DNA of 58,378 nt, counting the filler, from Bipalium vagum (taxonomy: Eukaryota), in the NCBI GenBank assembly GCA_037834085.1. It is 3 parts of 3 records of this genome, joined end to end, with 100 filler letters (N's around TTAATTAATTAA, not from the genome) between each part and the next. Parts side by side here need not be neighbours in the genome. Positions count along the whole stretch, not along the records: positions 1 to 17,629 come from JBBMKC010052839.1; 2 more parts are not named here. One strand, given 5' to 3'. A program made the translations under genes and the position numbers. Of the stretch, positions 1-14,099 are shown in pieces. How positions within the stretch are numbered: the first letter of the stretch is position 1; the number at the start of each line of letters is the position of its first letter. A model generated the notes under the pieces. It saw only the letters and a program-made list of their open reading frames with translations. It had not been told where the DNA came from and ran no database searches.

Positions 1-1059
1 ATTTATTTCTTTATTTAATGTAGTAACTTTTGTAAATAATCATTTTTGTAAACGAATGAAATTTTTAAAATTGATTAAAATTTATGAAAATTATTTTCTT
101 GACACGAAAGTCTCTATATGGAAAAAAAAGAAAAAACTTATAATTTTAAGAAGACTTTTTTTTATCAACAATCATTAAATATTAATTTAATTTAAAATGC
201 GAGATTATTTATTTCTGCAAAAGGCAAATAAAGGGTAATATTTGTTAAAATCATTTTATTTTATATTAATATTTTGTTTTAATGTTATACTATAATTACA
301 ACTGTTATGGTCGAAGCATTATTTTGTGAAAATAAGTGGAAATTGAATTTCCTAAAGTCTCATTAAAAATTATCAACAAGAGATTCGTACTGAAAGATGA
401 TATAAAATAATAATAATAATAATAATCACCATCATCATCATATTAAATTAACAAAAAATATTAATACTACTAGAAATATTAATAAAAATAAATTAATAAA
501 TAAATATGAACTAAAACATCATAATATTTATTAATTTTCCCAATAATTATTTCTAGATAGTTGAAAGGATTAAATTCAAATTCAGAAGAAAATTTTATAG
601 ATTTTAAAGTAATGAATTAAATATAATCAATTAAATTAAAAGTTAAAAAGATTTTTAATGATTAAAGATGAAAAATAATTTTAAAACGATCTTTAAAATC
701 AATAAATAAATAACCTCATAATTAAAATAAATAAATTGTTTAAATATTAGATAAAGGGAAAGCACTTTTTCAACTACTTCGTTATTTTCATTAATTCTAC
801 ATAACATTTTGCTTTGTGAGTTCAAACAATACCGATACTGTCGCAGTTAAGACCATGGCGACCACACGAGGACCGTAGAATTTTCTGGTAAGATTAAAAA
901 ATATATAAAGAAAATGACAAATATTTTCCTTGAATTTTATTTAATCTCAAGAAAATATTTATGTTTTTTCATGTTATCGTAAAGCCAAATAAGATATAGA
1001 AGGTTAGTAAATACGTTTTTTTGTTGGACATTTATGTTTAATAATTGTTTAAGTGCTTC

Positions 1060-1560
1060 CATTTCAAAAAAAAACTATTGGTACGGTAAGAAAAATTCAG
1101 CAGTTTTAATGAAAAGATTAAATCAAAATATTTTATTGACAAAAACAATATTTATCAATTGTATGTTCATCATTATGATTAATGATCTTTCTCCATTTTT
1201 CCGCCAAATTCATGAATTCCTAGAATTGATTGGCAAAAAATGTCAACGTGCCTTCTGACGACTCATTGAATGGCATTGAATGTTTTCGCGTTCATGAAAT
1301 TCTGCAGACACCGAAACAAGTGATAATCGGTAGGAGTCAGGTCCGTTGTGTATGGATTATGAAGCTAAACATCCCATCTAAGAGCCAATAATTGGTTTCG
1401 GGTTATCAAAGATATATGAGACCTGGCATTGCCCTGTTGGTGGAAATCAAACGAGATGGGCCAAAATACTTTACCTCTTTAACCTTATCAGACAGACAGT
1501 CAAATTACTAAAGTCAGACAGTCTCAACCACTTTCTACTTTAAAATGCTTTAACAACTAA
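1060..1560 (-). mobile_element. mariner transposase relic
   Basis: Minus strand ~1360-1290 reads PYTTDLTPTDYHLFRCLQNFMN (YSPDLAPxDYHLF motif). Confidence 0.65.
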
Positions 1561-1934
1561 GACACTCGTGGAAATATATTAAGCCATAAAATCTATCAGA
1601 ATCGGAATTATAAAAAATTGGTTATGAGCTCGCTACCCAACCTGTTACCCTTGAGGGCAGCATTTCGAGATGTGGAGAACAAATTATGGTTGATGACTTT
1701 TTGACAAGCCCACAAATGCTGAGAGGTTTTCCTTTTAATCTTTAATAAAGTGCAAGGATCATTCTGATCGAAAGATATTTCAGGTCCTACTCTCATTTCT
1801 TCATGGCTTTATCAGATTAGGGATCACTGTGAGAATCAAAGGTGAACCCTGATAATAATGACAAAACATCATATTTCCTTTTATCTTATTTATTTACTTT
1901 TTTATGTTGTATTTTTATTTCTTATTTCTTATTA

Positions 1935-1937
<3 letters not shown>

Positions 1938-1995
<58 letters not shown>
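1938..1995. repeat. (ATT)n microsatellite
   Basis: Perfect trinucleotide run; it produces the spurious poly-Ile ORF 1858-2043. Confidence 0.95.
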
Positions 1996-2699
1996 TTAAT
2001 TTTCATATATGATTTAATAATTTTAATTAAAAAATTTAATTAAGTTTAATTTAAAAATTAAAAGGACATTAAAAATATTTGATCCGTTTTAAAATTAAAA
2101 TTAATTTAAATTAAAGATTTAATTAAAAATTTATTTTAAAATTTGATTTATTTTTTTTTTAAAATTTAATTAATTTTTTATCAATTTAATTATTTTTAAT
2201 TAAAAAATTAATTGAGCATAATTTAAAAATTAAGTTAATTTTAAATTAAAAATATTATTATTTCTATTTTAAAATTATCGTTAATTTTAATTTAAGAATT
2301 TAATTAATTTTAATTTTAATTAAAACATTTAATTAGTTTAATTTTAAGAATTTAATTAATTTAAATTTTAAAAATAAAAGCGATAGTGATAAGAATTTGT
2401 GTCATAGTTTCGGTTATTCTAAATAAAATCAAAAGCGTTTCAAAAATAATAAAATTGTTAATAAAAATTATTTTGTTTTAATATTTATCATTTTTTGCAA
2501 ATATTCGATTACCACAAATTTGTTTTAATAAAAACAAATGTATTTTTCTGTCTTCATTTAATACGTTTTTTTCTCTCTTCACAAATCGACAGAAATGTTT
2601 CAGAAGCATCACAAATACATTTCTAATGATAACTAAGAAATTACTTTTACTTTTTCAATTATTATTATTATTATTATTTATTATTATTACTATTACTGT

Positions 2700-4270
2700 C
2701 CTTAAGCGCTCCATAATAAAAGTCATTTACTTTAATTACCCATTATATTTTTAATCTCAATTTTCAAGGAAGGATTTAGGTGCTTTATCTCAAATGATTG
2801 CAATATTATTCCGATAAAAAATGTTGCAAAGAAAAAATAATTTCTTCTTTAAATGAGCTAAAATAAAACCTTTGAAAAAAAAATTGCTTATTTAATTGAT
2901 TTTTTTTAAAATTTAAAAATGATTTTGATTGGTCTGTTGAATGTAAACATTATTTTCTGTTGTCACGTGGTCGCTTCATATGAGTCATTCTCCGACCAGA
3001 TCATCCATCTTTATTGATTTGCTTTTATTATTGAATGTTAATATTTATTTTAACGACACCCGCTTAGAATTTCACTTGAAGATCTTTTTGTTGTGTTCAT
3101 TAATCACTTAAAAACCGTTTAAAGTCAACAAAACATAAGTCAAAGCCGTTAGGGCAAAATATTATCACAGAATGTCTCAATGAAAACAACAAAACATCAG
3201 GCTCTATCGCAAAATCCCAGTCCTCGAAACTCCAAAAGAAGCAATGACAACAGCAGAGCAGGATAAAATAAGATAATCAATATTTTCTGAGAATAAAACT
3301 TGTTTTTTGAAAATTATAATCGTCTTGACACCGACTTTAGGTTAGACTTCTCAAAAACGACCCTCGACCCCTTGGTCGGTATTAGCTACCTAACTTATTC
3401 GGAGCAATCATCAATATCATAAGTGAATCGTGAATTGCTACTTTTACCAAACTTTAATTCTGTTGCCTTTTACCGATTTTCTGTGGTTGCGTTCCAGGAT
3501 TATTTTGGGACCACTTGAAGTACTTTCGCAAAAGCATACCTCTCGATTAAGAGATGTGTATGAAACTGTGTATTAAAAGTCCTTTACTGCGTATTATTAC
3601 TTTTATTATATTTATATTTATATTATGTTTATATTTAACTTATGTATAAATTCTGTTCGGCTGCATAACAAAGCCAGACAGCCTTTTGCGCAACATAATT
3701 AAAAAATAAAATAAAATATAAAATATTAAAGTGCTAATAATAATAATAATTATAAAAAAAATTATAATTTATTAGTTACTCCCTGTGTTCTTGGAGTTGT
3801 GTGGTCGACGCTGAGATATTTATATGGGAATAAGGAATGCTGGCAAATATACGACGATCCTTATAAAAGAGTGTACTGGCTGGAACTATTGTTTCCTACT
3901 CTTACAACCTTGGTAAAGCTTTGAAGAAATCTCTCAAACTAAGATAACTGTATGTAACTGTTCAGGTAAATCTCGCGCTTTTCATAAACATCATTCGAGT
4001 TTTGTTCGTGAAAGCCACTGACAGAAGCAATGGGCTGGTAAATAACAGATATAGGTGCATTAATTATTATAAATAATACTAATAATTATTATCATTATTA
4101 TGAAATGAAAGGACGTTGTTCAAAGCAACCTCTATTCTCGTTGTGGTTTTCGGCATCTATGATGTGATCTTGATTCCCTTGGTTCTCTTGAGTGAGAAGA
4201 TCAATTCAGAATCGTTTGAGATTGTGCAACTTTATTATGAGCACACAATGACGTCATGCCAGGTATAGGT
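2700..4270. mobile_element. Cluster of probable R4/RLE non-LTR retrotransposon 3' fragments flanked by (TAA)n
   Basis: Faint minus-strand remnants (NIAII...KY at ~2800; QPQKI..NRIKVW at ~3480; RHDVI at ~4255), each abutting TAA repeats. Confidence 0.3.
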
Positions 4271-4401
4271 TTTGTGACAAAATATATTATGTTAATAATA
4301 ATATATAATTTTATATTAGGGATTTTTCGTTGCTCTTCTGTTTTGTTTCATAAATTCCGAAGTAAGTTTTTTAGATTATAATTCATATTATAAATTATAA
4401 A

Positions 4402-4800
4402 TTAGGTATGTGCTTTAAAAGTGTGCATTTTTTTAAATAGCTGTAATAAAGAAAATTAATTCATTTGTTTAAATAAACCATTTGAATATTTATTGTTTAT
4501 GCATTTTCAAAAATAATCCATAAAACCATATTCTGATATCTTTAACTGTATCTTATTTTTATCCTATTATAGATGGTGGTTTATATACCAAATAAGCAAC
4601 ATTTACGCGAATTGATGTTATTTCATTTTTCTATAACAAAATCTGAAGCAGTAACTCTCAGAATTCATGCTGGGACTTACGTGGACAATTCTTGCAAAAG
4701 GTGGTTTGCACGTTTTCGAAAGGGCAAATTTATAGTGGGAGGAAAACGAAAATGTTTGAAGATGAAGACTTAGAAGCCTTAGTGGCTGAAGATCAGTAAA
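4402..4800 (+). mobile_element. mariner 5' end relic (TIR + N-terminal HTH)
   Basis: TTAGGTATG TIR-like start; MVVYIPNKQHLRELMLFHF...CKRWFARFRKGKF is a Mos1-like N-terminus. Confidence 0.75.
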
Positions 4801-5329
4801 AAAAAACTCATACTGGTCTCTTTAACCACTAACTGTTTCTTAACCTTCAATTAACCGATCTATAAAAGCTATGTGAAAGGTATAAATAGTTGAAAAGGAA
4901 AATAGCCTTAATATTACCCAGTAAGATAATATTCAGTGTGGCTCATAATTTATCCAATCAAATTGAACCTTAAAGTGCAGAGATTTTATAAAACTAATTA
5001 TGGAAAACAATCTCTAATTCGAAAGAAAATTCTCATATAACATTGTACGTTTAAAAATGGAACGGGTATTAAAAACAAAATCAATAAAGTCAAAATATAT
5101 GATGGAAAGTAATAGAAACCATTCTTAAAGCATTTTCTCAAAAATTTTTAATGTCTTCCCTATTACTAAGTAAGTAAATACCAATACATTCATTTCAATA
5201 TATGTCAATGGCGGCACCTGGTGGTGTTAAGATGGCGTTTCTGTAATAAATATTAATAAGTAAGACAAAATATTCTTGTACACTATACTTAAATTGATCA
5301 GGATTTATTTATGTCTACATACTCTTATT

Positions 5330-5730
5330 TTTTCGTTGCACTCTATTTTTAGAAAGCCACACATCCAGGGGCTTTTTGTGCTCCGTATTAACACTCCTAT
5401 TCTAATATCCAAAAAACACTAAACACGTTAATAAAATTTGGGTTTGTGCCGCTGGAGTATCTTTCACACAACTCAGATCTTGCACCTTGTGATGACATAT
5501 GTCAGAACATAATATTTCTTCCATGGATTATATGAAGGTTAAATTGACAAAAATCCTCATGGAGATGGATCAAAATTTCTTTGAAATATGCTTCAATGGT
5601 CAACATGTGGCAAAAATGTTGTCTCAGTGTAAACGACGGTTATGTCGAGAAACGAGACACGCAAATGTATACGTATTGTTAATAATAAATAGTTGAGTTG
5701 ACTTCAATATTCCCGGGAGAGCCTAAGTAT
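5330..5730 (+). mobile_element. mariner 3' relic
   Basis: Residual SDLAPCD motif at ~5473 and a degenerate transposase C-terminus. Confidence 0.45.
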
Positions 5731-6299
5731 GTTTTACTCTTACTATTTATGAGACAAAAAGGAAAATATCAATAATGAAAGGAAATTATTGATCTTATTT
5801 GTGATCATAAATAAAAACATAAAAAGGAAAAAATAAAGAAATTTAAGTTTCAGTAATTATTTTAACTTGAGAAGGCAATGTGGGGAGCATTCGCTTTCGG
5901 TAAATATACTTTTCTAATTTTCCTCTTCAGACCTCAATGTCAAACAGAAGCGAAAAGTCAATAAAAAATTAATTATCTTTGACGAATTTCCTTGAACAGC
6001 TCCTACGAATTTTGCCCCTTAAAATAATCGTTTTGGCAAAAACGGAATGAGAAAGATAACGATTTTGACATTATCTTTTCCAAAACGATAAAAGAATATT
6101 TTATTTTATATCAGCATAACTTTCGTAGGTCGTTCATTCTTCTTTATGAAGTGTCCCGAAAAGAAATCAACGCTTTTGCAATTACAATTTCGAAGACGTT
6201 TATTCGATATAAAATTCGTTGTTTATAAATGAAATTAGATTTAATTATCAATTGGATATTTAATCGATTTTTTGTTTAAATGATATCGTTGCTAGATAC

Positions 6300-7286
6300 A
6301 ATTTTAAATAGGAAATTTGAATATAGATAAGGCACAATAGGCATTATATACTGTATGAATGTGACCAGGACTCTAGGGCAACAGTTATTCACCTAAGGAT
6401 AAATGAAAATTTTCAGAATAATGGATTGAGTGAGACACAATGCAGAGTAAGGTTCAGTCGATACAGAAATGGTGATAGAAGTCTAGCAGACGTCTGCAAA
6501 ACTTGTCTATCCTCGATTCTGAATGAAGCTGTCAGACAGATATCTAAATATGATCCGAGGCAAATCGCCTGTGTGGTGAACAGGTTGTTCGCGATCATCT
6601 GCATCCTATTGGTAAGTCATACAGATCTTGGATATGGATTCCACACAATTTATGAAGTGATAAGAAGTGTACGAGAATTATGATTTCAAATGTAAATCTA
6701 ATCAGAAATACCAAAGAACTATTTTTGAACACAACAAATACCAATTCCTACTACAAGACGACCTATACATGGTAAAATTATTTGTTGTTGTGTGTATTTT
6801 GAGACTGAAAGGGAATTGTATATTGGTTGGTGTCTGATTTTGAGCAAACGGCTGACTCAAATTGTACTGTCAACCATCAAACCTACTGGATGATGCTCTT
6901 TTGAAAATTCACTTAATTTTGTTCAATAAAACAGGTATTATCGTCCTACACGGAAACGCTTGGTCTCACACCTCCAAATTTAGTAAAAAAAAGGTCCGTC
7001 GGTGGATCTCAATTTTCTACATCCAGACTATGCACTGACATCTTGCTCTCAGATTATCTATTTTGATCTTCGCACCCCTTCATTAAAGGTCTATAAATAG
7101 TGATGAGGTAAAATCGATCTTCAGGAAAATTCTGCTAAATCTTTTGCAGATAATATCCAGTCCTTGATGGAAAAAAATCAGACCATTGTCGATACTGATG
7201 GCGAATGCATAACTGATTAATATTATTTATGTTACTTTAAACTTTTACTTTTCGATCGTTGGTTTCTTTGCGGGACACCTAAAATA
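6300..7286 (+). mobile_element. mariner relic (near full length, heavily mutated)
   Basis: SETQCRVRFSRYRNGDRSLAD HTH; VLHGNAWSHTS (LHDNARPH) at ~6943; HPDY remnant; TIR-like end CACCTAAAATA. Confidence 0.65.
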
Positions 7287-8602
7287 TTTAATAATAATTC
7301 GATGAAAAAATAATATAAATAAAGAAAATTGTCATTTTCATACTTTTTTGAAAATAGCTTTTTTTGAAGAAAAATCGGTTGTCAAGAAACTATTCCTCCT
7401 TTCATCTAATACCTTCTCCATTCAGGTGATAAAGGAAGTCAAGCGATATTACAGACAGAGGCATGACCGCCGAACGCTGTTGAATGAGCACTCCAATCCG
7501 TTATCCCTCATCTTTCCTGATAAAAAGATCCAGCACTGCCGACCGAAGTCCCGGAATACGAATTATCTCTTGAACAATAGTGGCATCAGCAACTCGGTCA
7601 TATGATCCCGGCGAACTGTTGTGACAAAATTATTTTATTGAAATCGATCTTTAATAAATCAGGTCATGAAAAATTGAACTTAGGTCCTTGCGAATTTGGG
7701 GGTTTGTGTTTACGGCTCTTTTAAAAACTTTCATCTTTATACGGGCTGTCATCATTGGGAAATGTTGGATGGAATTTTACATATAATCGATTATCACAAT
7801 ATAAAGTTTTCTAGAAAACCCCTTTAATATTTGACCATGGGTTTTTTAACTGTTCAATATTTTCTTAAAGATACCCTTCCATGTCTTGCTGAACTAAATA
7901 CGCGAAGGTGAGATTTTCAAAGACGCAAAATATAGCGAATAAATTCAATTATAATCGATCCTCCAACCCCTGAAGGTCATTTCATTATCATCATCATTAT
8001 TATGTTTTCCCTCCTTCTTTGAAAATGTTATCTTCTTTCATTTCTTGTTTCTCCTTTAAATTCTTTGTTAAATAAATCGATGAAACTTTAATAAACATTT
8101 CAATTTCTTTTAACTTTTCATTCTTTAATCTTTTTTCAAAGAAAATTTCTTTTACCAATTTATTTTTTTAATGGACATCTTTATTTTTCCAAGAAGGATT
8201 TTGGGTGCTCCTTCAAAATTATATAGGAAAAGAAAATTTTTAAATCGTAAATCAATATGTTTAAATATAAAACAGTCCCTTTAGCTATAGAATAATCAGA
8301 GAGGTGTTTCACCGATCAGTGGGTCGACAGTTATTATCAGTTCCGAAAACCGTGATCCACCAGCTCTAAATTTATCCATAATAATTCAAGAAATTATTTT
8401 ATTATTAACCAACCCTTTTGTTCCGATGAAGATATCCGAAATTATAAGTAAGAAATTATCATATTGGAAAATTTAAAAGATTTTCTAAATCTTAATATCA
8501 CAAAAAATATCCAATTATTTTTATTTTTAATAATCATTAATCGCATCAATAATTATGAAATAACGATTATTGAAAATCAATTAAATAACAAAATATCAAT
8601 AT

Positions 8603-8826
8603 ATTAGGTGTGTGTAATTTGAAAATGAGCTTTCTAAACAACTTTGAATATTTATTTACACATAAACAGAAAAAGATATACTATTCAAAGTAATGACTAT
8701 CGTTAGCAATGGATTTGGTCAATTTTTCAGGAAGTTGATAAATTCCGCGACGAAAAATACCGTGCCTTTGGTTGATTCCCAATCAATGATCCTAACCCAA
8801 AAGGCTCCTTTTCAACTCACACCTAT
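8603..8826 (-). mobile_element. Internally deleted mariner (MITE-like) with both TIRs
   Basis: TAGGTGTGTG...GAAAATGAGC and the inverted copy GCTCCTTTTCAACTCACACCTA. The internal minus strand reads FRRGIYQLPEKLTKSIANDSHYFE* (mariner C-terminus). Confidence 0.65.
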
Positions 8827-10539
8827 TTTTTTAAATATAGAATTTGTGTATTAGAGAAATTCTTATTTTTTTATAATAGTCATAATAAATATTCATTGAG
8901 CCTGGATAATGGTGGTACAATTCAACAATAAATGTTACCGCCTCATCTTCAGTGCAGAATGAAGAGTTGGTAAAGCAATTACAAAGAAAGTATAAGTACA
9001 CCAATTATTCTTGCTCATAGCAGAATTTAAACTAAAGTAAAGTAACTACTTATCGTGGATAGTGATGAGCGTAGATAAACAAATGTTATTAGAAAAATAA
9101 ATTGTTAAAAATGCAAAAGCAGACAATATTTTCCATATAATTCTGGCAATGACGAAAGAATGTGTTTTTAAGACTGCTAGTTTCATTATTAGTATGATAT
9201 AGGGACTAATTAAGGATGATTAAACTATTTTCTTTCTTTAAATTGATCAACGTTTAATAATTTTAGAAAAGTTAAATACAGACCTGGACTTTCAATTGTC
9301 ATTGAGGTTTAACATTGGAGTTTATAACCTTATAATATTGAATTAATAAAAAACTATATTGATTAAGATGACTGAAGTTCAGAGAAAAAGTTCGACACTG
9401 AACCGGGACCCTCAGTTTCCGCAAATTTATCATAAAAGGCGGCAGCCATTTAATTTTAGAATGGGTGACAAATAATTATTAAAACCTTGAAATTTTGACA
9501 TCTAACATCAGATGAAGTTGACTAGAATTTGAGTTGTCATATTGACCAAAAAAATGATCAAAAACTCTGATGACCAGTTACTGACACGGATTCCATGTGT
9601 ACTCTGACTCTAAGCGGGTGTTTTTCCAATACCAGCTTTTGTTTCAGTATCAAATAACTGTCATTGTTGCGATTCATTAATGTGTCGGTTTAGAATGATT
9701 TCACGTCTCCCGTATTCAATTTTTAAATCTCTTTACTGTAAACCCACCAGGTCCAGTGTTACATGGGAATACCTTTCGTATGTGACACCAAGAATCAATA
9801 AATGAAGTGGTATTGCTTCATTTTGGTACTTTACTAAGTATTGTGTTCATAGTTTTCTTTTTAACATGGCTGCTCCCTTGTATTTTCCTTTGGTGATATT
9901 TTTTCCTTCGGTGACCGGTTAAAATTATATTAAAAATAAAATTTCCAGGAAATTCTCTAGAAAAAACTGGAGACACTTTTTGATGATTTTGTATTGATTA
10001 TTAAGAAAGAGTAGCAAGTTTCTAGGAGACATTTTTTGCTGACGATGGAAAAATATATAATTATTATTTATTTCATATATCTGTACAGATTAGAAATCAG
10101 GATGACATTACATTTTAAACGAACTCTTTGGAAAGAGTATAGTGGAAGAAGCATTCAGTGATGCACAACTCTTTGATCTTTTGCAAAAGGTCAATGGCCT
10201 CGAACGTGGTTGGTCAAAAGGTTGAATTTTAATAACTTCAATTTTTAAACTTTCCTTCAAAAATAATATTTAAACAAATATTTTTCTCATTGATTAAACT
10301 TTTAAATTTACTTTGGTATACAGTTGTTCAGTCTACCGCCCCCCCCCATTGTGGAAAATCCCAAGGGTAAGTCATATTAAAATTCTAATTAGAAAGAAAT
10401 AAGTTTTTGTTTGAAAAAATTGAAAAAGATGTTTTACAAAAATTAACAATAGCTTTCTAATTTTATCTGTACTTAGCCATATTAATTGACTTAATGTTAA
10501 AAAAAGGTATACAATAGAATTATCGTATAAATACATTGT

Positions 10540-11000
10540 TTTAATAAATCAGTTAATCAAAATGGATGTTAGTGCAGTAATACAATGAAAAGTTGTGGCT
10601 TTATTGGAAAATACAGATTGTACACAGAAAAAATGCCGAAATAATTGATGTATTACAGACCAGAGTGAGTCGTGTATCAGAGAAATTGAAAGGTAGAATT
10701 TATTGAAAGAGCTGGAAGATTTAGACGCAAAAAGATAACATCACCAAGAGATGATCAAAAAATAAGGAAGATTATAAATAAAATATAAAGATAAGTTCTG
10801 ATAAAATTATGCGACAATTAAATACAAATGGGATTCATATATATAGTTGAAAGCCAAGATAAAGGTGCTATGTACCAGGTTTTTGTCCATGTTAGAAGGT
10901 TATGCTTATGCAAATGATGATTATGGAACTCTGGTCATGGAATAAACATTATAAAAATATACTTCAGAAGACTTGGTTTTGTGGGATAACTTAACAACTG
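10540..11000 (+). mobile_element. Tc1 transposase N-terminal relic
   Basis: GRFRRKKITSPRDDQKI matches the Tc1 GRPRxTTxRxDRxI motif; multiple stops and frameshifts. Confidence 0.55.
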
Positions 11001-11164
11001 CACCTAATATCTTCCATGGTTTAATAAAAAAAAGCATCAAGGGAGTGGGACCAATTCACGTGGGGCCCGAAGCACTGCACCAGAATCTATAAATTCAAAT
11101 ATAAAACAAACTACCCCAATTTCGAAAATGGTTTCCAAATGGAAATAATTACACACACATATTT

Positions 11165-11615
11165 ATATTAATACATGATAGAACTCAACGTTATATTTTT
11201 GTGAAATGGAACATAGTCCATTACAATAGTTCTCACATTCAAATTTTTAATAAATCCAATGAAATCGGTATTATAATTATAAAAACTTTCAAAATTAATT
11301 GCAGCAGAACGGTTGCGAAAGAAAATGTTCCCATACTTTTTCATGTATAACATATACTAAGTTACGACTTATTATCCATGTTGCTACTTTTATCGGAATT
11401 TCAGCGGAACTGACATATCCATAACGAGATCTCATGTAGATGTTAAATCCGACTTCGTCGATAAAAATATTCTTTTATTGTCTTTCACTGCTAATAAATC
11501 CGATAACATTAGTGAAACAGTTCGACGCGGTTCAATTACATCAGCACTAACACTTCCTTTGGCAACAGCTTTTAATCTCTTAAATGTGTAATGCAGATTT
11601 TTAATGCAGAGTCCA
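11165..11615 (-). mobile_element. IS630/Tc1-like DDE transposase relic
   Basis: Minus strand: LHYTFKRL, FIDEVGFNIYMRSRYG, IVMDYVPFHK. Confidence 0.65.
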
Positions 11616-11619
11616 TAAA

Positions 11620-12135
11620 GCCAAAATTGTAAAGGATTTCATGACAACGAACCATGTGAATGTCTTAGAATGGCCAGAAAAATCTCCAGATTTGAACATT
11701 GTAGAAGACGTTTGGAAATTAATATCGGACATCGTTTTCGACAGACTTTCATTTCACAAAATGACAGATTTAGAGAAGGCCATAGTGGATAGTATTACAT
11801 ACATCCAAACAAAGAAGATGGATTCAATTTTGGAATTATATAAAGGAATCAAGAAGCGTTTATGTACTGTTCTTCATAAACAAGACAATTTGTGTAATAA
11901 ATGATTTAATTGATTTACTTATGTTTACATCGAGAAATATTTTGTCCTTTTCAAAATTAATATTTCTAATAAGTCAATTTATTATCTCTAAAAATAATTC
12001 ATTCTTAGTTATTTTTGTAAATAATGTAAAACATTACTTTTATCTTCAAGTTCATTCAAAAATATCTTTAATTACAATTAAAATTACCGATTAACATTTC
12101 AAAATAAAAATCGAGAATTAATTTGTCCATAGGTA
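11620..12135 (+). mobile_element. Tc1 transposase C-terminal relic with 3' terminus
   Basis: VLEWPEKSPDLNIVEDVWK (WPxxSPDLNxIExxW). Confidence 0.8.
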
Positions 12136-13221
12136 TATTCGGCGAATTTCATTTCAGATGACATTTCTTTGTCTAGGCATTTCTGTAGATATTTCACTAA
12201 GAAATTAGAATAAAATTATTGGTAAGTATAATTATGACATTAAATTTTACAAATCATTACATTTTAAATTACAATACATTTTACATTTCATTGTAAACAT
12301 TAACTACAATACATAAACATTACAATTAACATGGTAATTAGCCTTTATTAATTGAATTTTAAATTTATTAATCTGCGCTTTAAACCCAGGTTCAATAAAA
12401 AACAATATTTAATATCAGGTCAAAGAATAAGTTTTTCCGTTTTTTAATATCATATATATTTTCCAAACCAAATATGAGTAATTTGCAATTATTGATTTTA
12501 TTTATGAATTAATAAAGGCATTGTTTTTGCCGTTTAAAAAGATTGATGATAATCAAAAATCGATCTAAAATTATTATATATATTCAAAATCGTTATCATT
12601 TTTGCAGACCAAATTCGCAAGCTATCTGAAAACGGTTAAAATGCATCGAGAATGATATTGAAATAATATAATTAATATTGCTTTATTTTAATTATAATTG
12701 TTTTTATTTTCATAATAGCGCCTAAATATGAATATTTAAACAACACACACCAACATATTTTTCAATATAAATGTAGAAATTAATAAATACTAAACAAATG
12801 AGAATTGTACATTTACTTTGTCTCCCACCAAATATGATACCATTGTTTAATAATTATAAACCTAATAAAGAATATTAAAGATAATAATTTTAATTGATTT
12901 TTTAAAATATTTTTTTATATTTCTAAAAGTTGACAGAAAACTCTGTCATTTAGTTTATATTGGAAACCTTAAACTTTTTATGATTAGAAAATATATTTTT
13001 ATATGTAAAGGACGACATATCCCATATCATTTTTCGAACGAGGAGCCTCTCTTAAGAAATCATAATGATTGTTTAATTACTATCAAAATTTATAACAGGT
13101 TGCGGAATGTATAGAGAGGAAAAGATAAATAAAACGTCCAATCAATGGTTATATTTTTGTGGGAGAAACGTAATTATATAATTGGACATATTTCTGGCTG
13201 TAAAATCCAATTCTTCTTCTC

Positions 13222-13981
13222 ATGAAGAGATTAAAGGACCTTTTGATTTTATTATTACATTTTTCTTACCAGGTACGATCCTTGTGTCCAAAGTCTTACA
13301 CTCTTCATACTGGAATTTGCTTTTCTGTAAAGGAGCAATCAGTAAACTTTTGTGAAGCATGTGAGATCTGTTTTACTGAACGAAGTCGCCTAATGACGGG
13401 GAGTGAAATAGAGGTTATTTTGCCCAGCCTTAAATGGCAAGAAAGTTATTGGACAGGTATCACTGACCTTCTGAATGAAAGAAAGAATTCTAGAGACCAC
13501 TGGCTTGAGATTGATGGTTCTTATTTCAAACAAAATCATTTATGGATTTATTCCGATCCAAATGATTATGGAAAAGGCGAGGACTGTACATGTTTGGTGC
13601 AAACAAAGTTATTTGACGATTCCTGTACAAAGAAAATGAAATTCACTTGCGTATATGAAGGGCCGAAAAAATTACCCGTGTCAAGAAAATATGTAAAAGC
13701 CGATAAAGTTCTTTTTAATGACGGAGAAGAAAAGGGATGCTATACAGAACTCGTTACTGCCACAAGTTTGGAGTGCGCCATGAAGTTGATGATTGTTTAC
13801 CTCTTATTTATAGTTGATCTTCATTATTTTCAGTTGTTTTCTTTCTTCAGTCTGTAAATCATTCTATTTCTCTGACTACCACGGGACCGGCTTGTGCGTC
13901 CTGTCGAATTACGTTGACAGTTCCCTATCTTTTCAGTTTAAGAACAGAGAAAATTGGTCACGGTTTTCCATCTTTAGTTAA
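13222..13981 (+). CDS. Secreted C-type lectin domain + C-terminal PAN/apple-like domain protein, 2 exons, ~236 aa
   Basis: Exon 13222-13784: signal peptide, CPxxYxxxxxxCF, FCEACEIC, YWTGITD, WIYSDPNDYGKGEDC, LFDDSC...FTC. 49-nt GT-AG intron 13785-13833. Exon 13834-13981 completes LECAMNCFLSSVCKSFYF...LCVLS (PAN/apple Cys pattern). AATAAA at ~14025. Confidence 0.88.
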
Positions 13982-14099
13982 ATGGCAATATTGACTTGTG
14001 ACCCAACTCTCAATGGTGTTAATTAATAAAACGTTTTCAATGGAGATTGGAAGTTTTCAAGTATTATTAAATGGTTATCATAATAAAACTGCCAGGGAC

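Noticed and set aside
1858-2043. Poly-isoleucine ORF
   Set aside because: Translation of an (ATT)n microsatellite.
2564-2622. Small minus-strand exon-like segment as a further FGFR exon
   Set aside because: No frame resembles tyrosine kinase subdomains V-XI.
7380-7626. GC-richer TGTCA...TGACA block as a solo LTR
   Set aside because: No target-site duplication and no second copy in the window; unsupported.
9565-9592. CTGATGA-stem resembling a hammerhead ribozyme core
   Set aside because: The required GAAA after stem II is absent (GACAC), and no closing stems were found.
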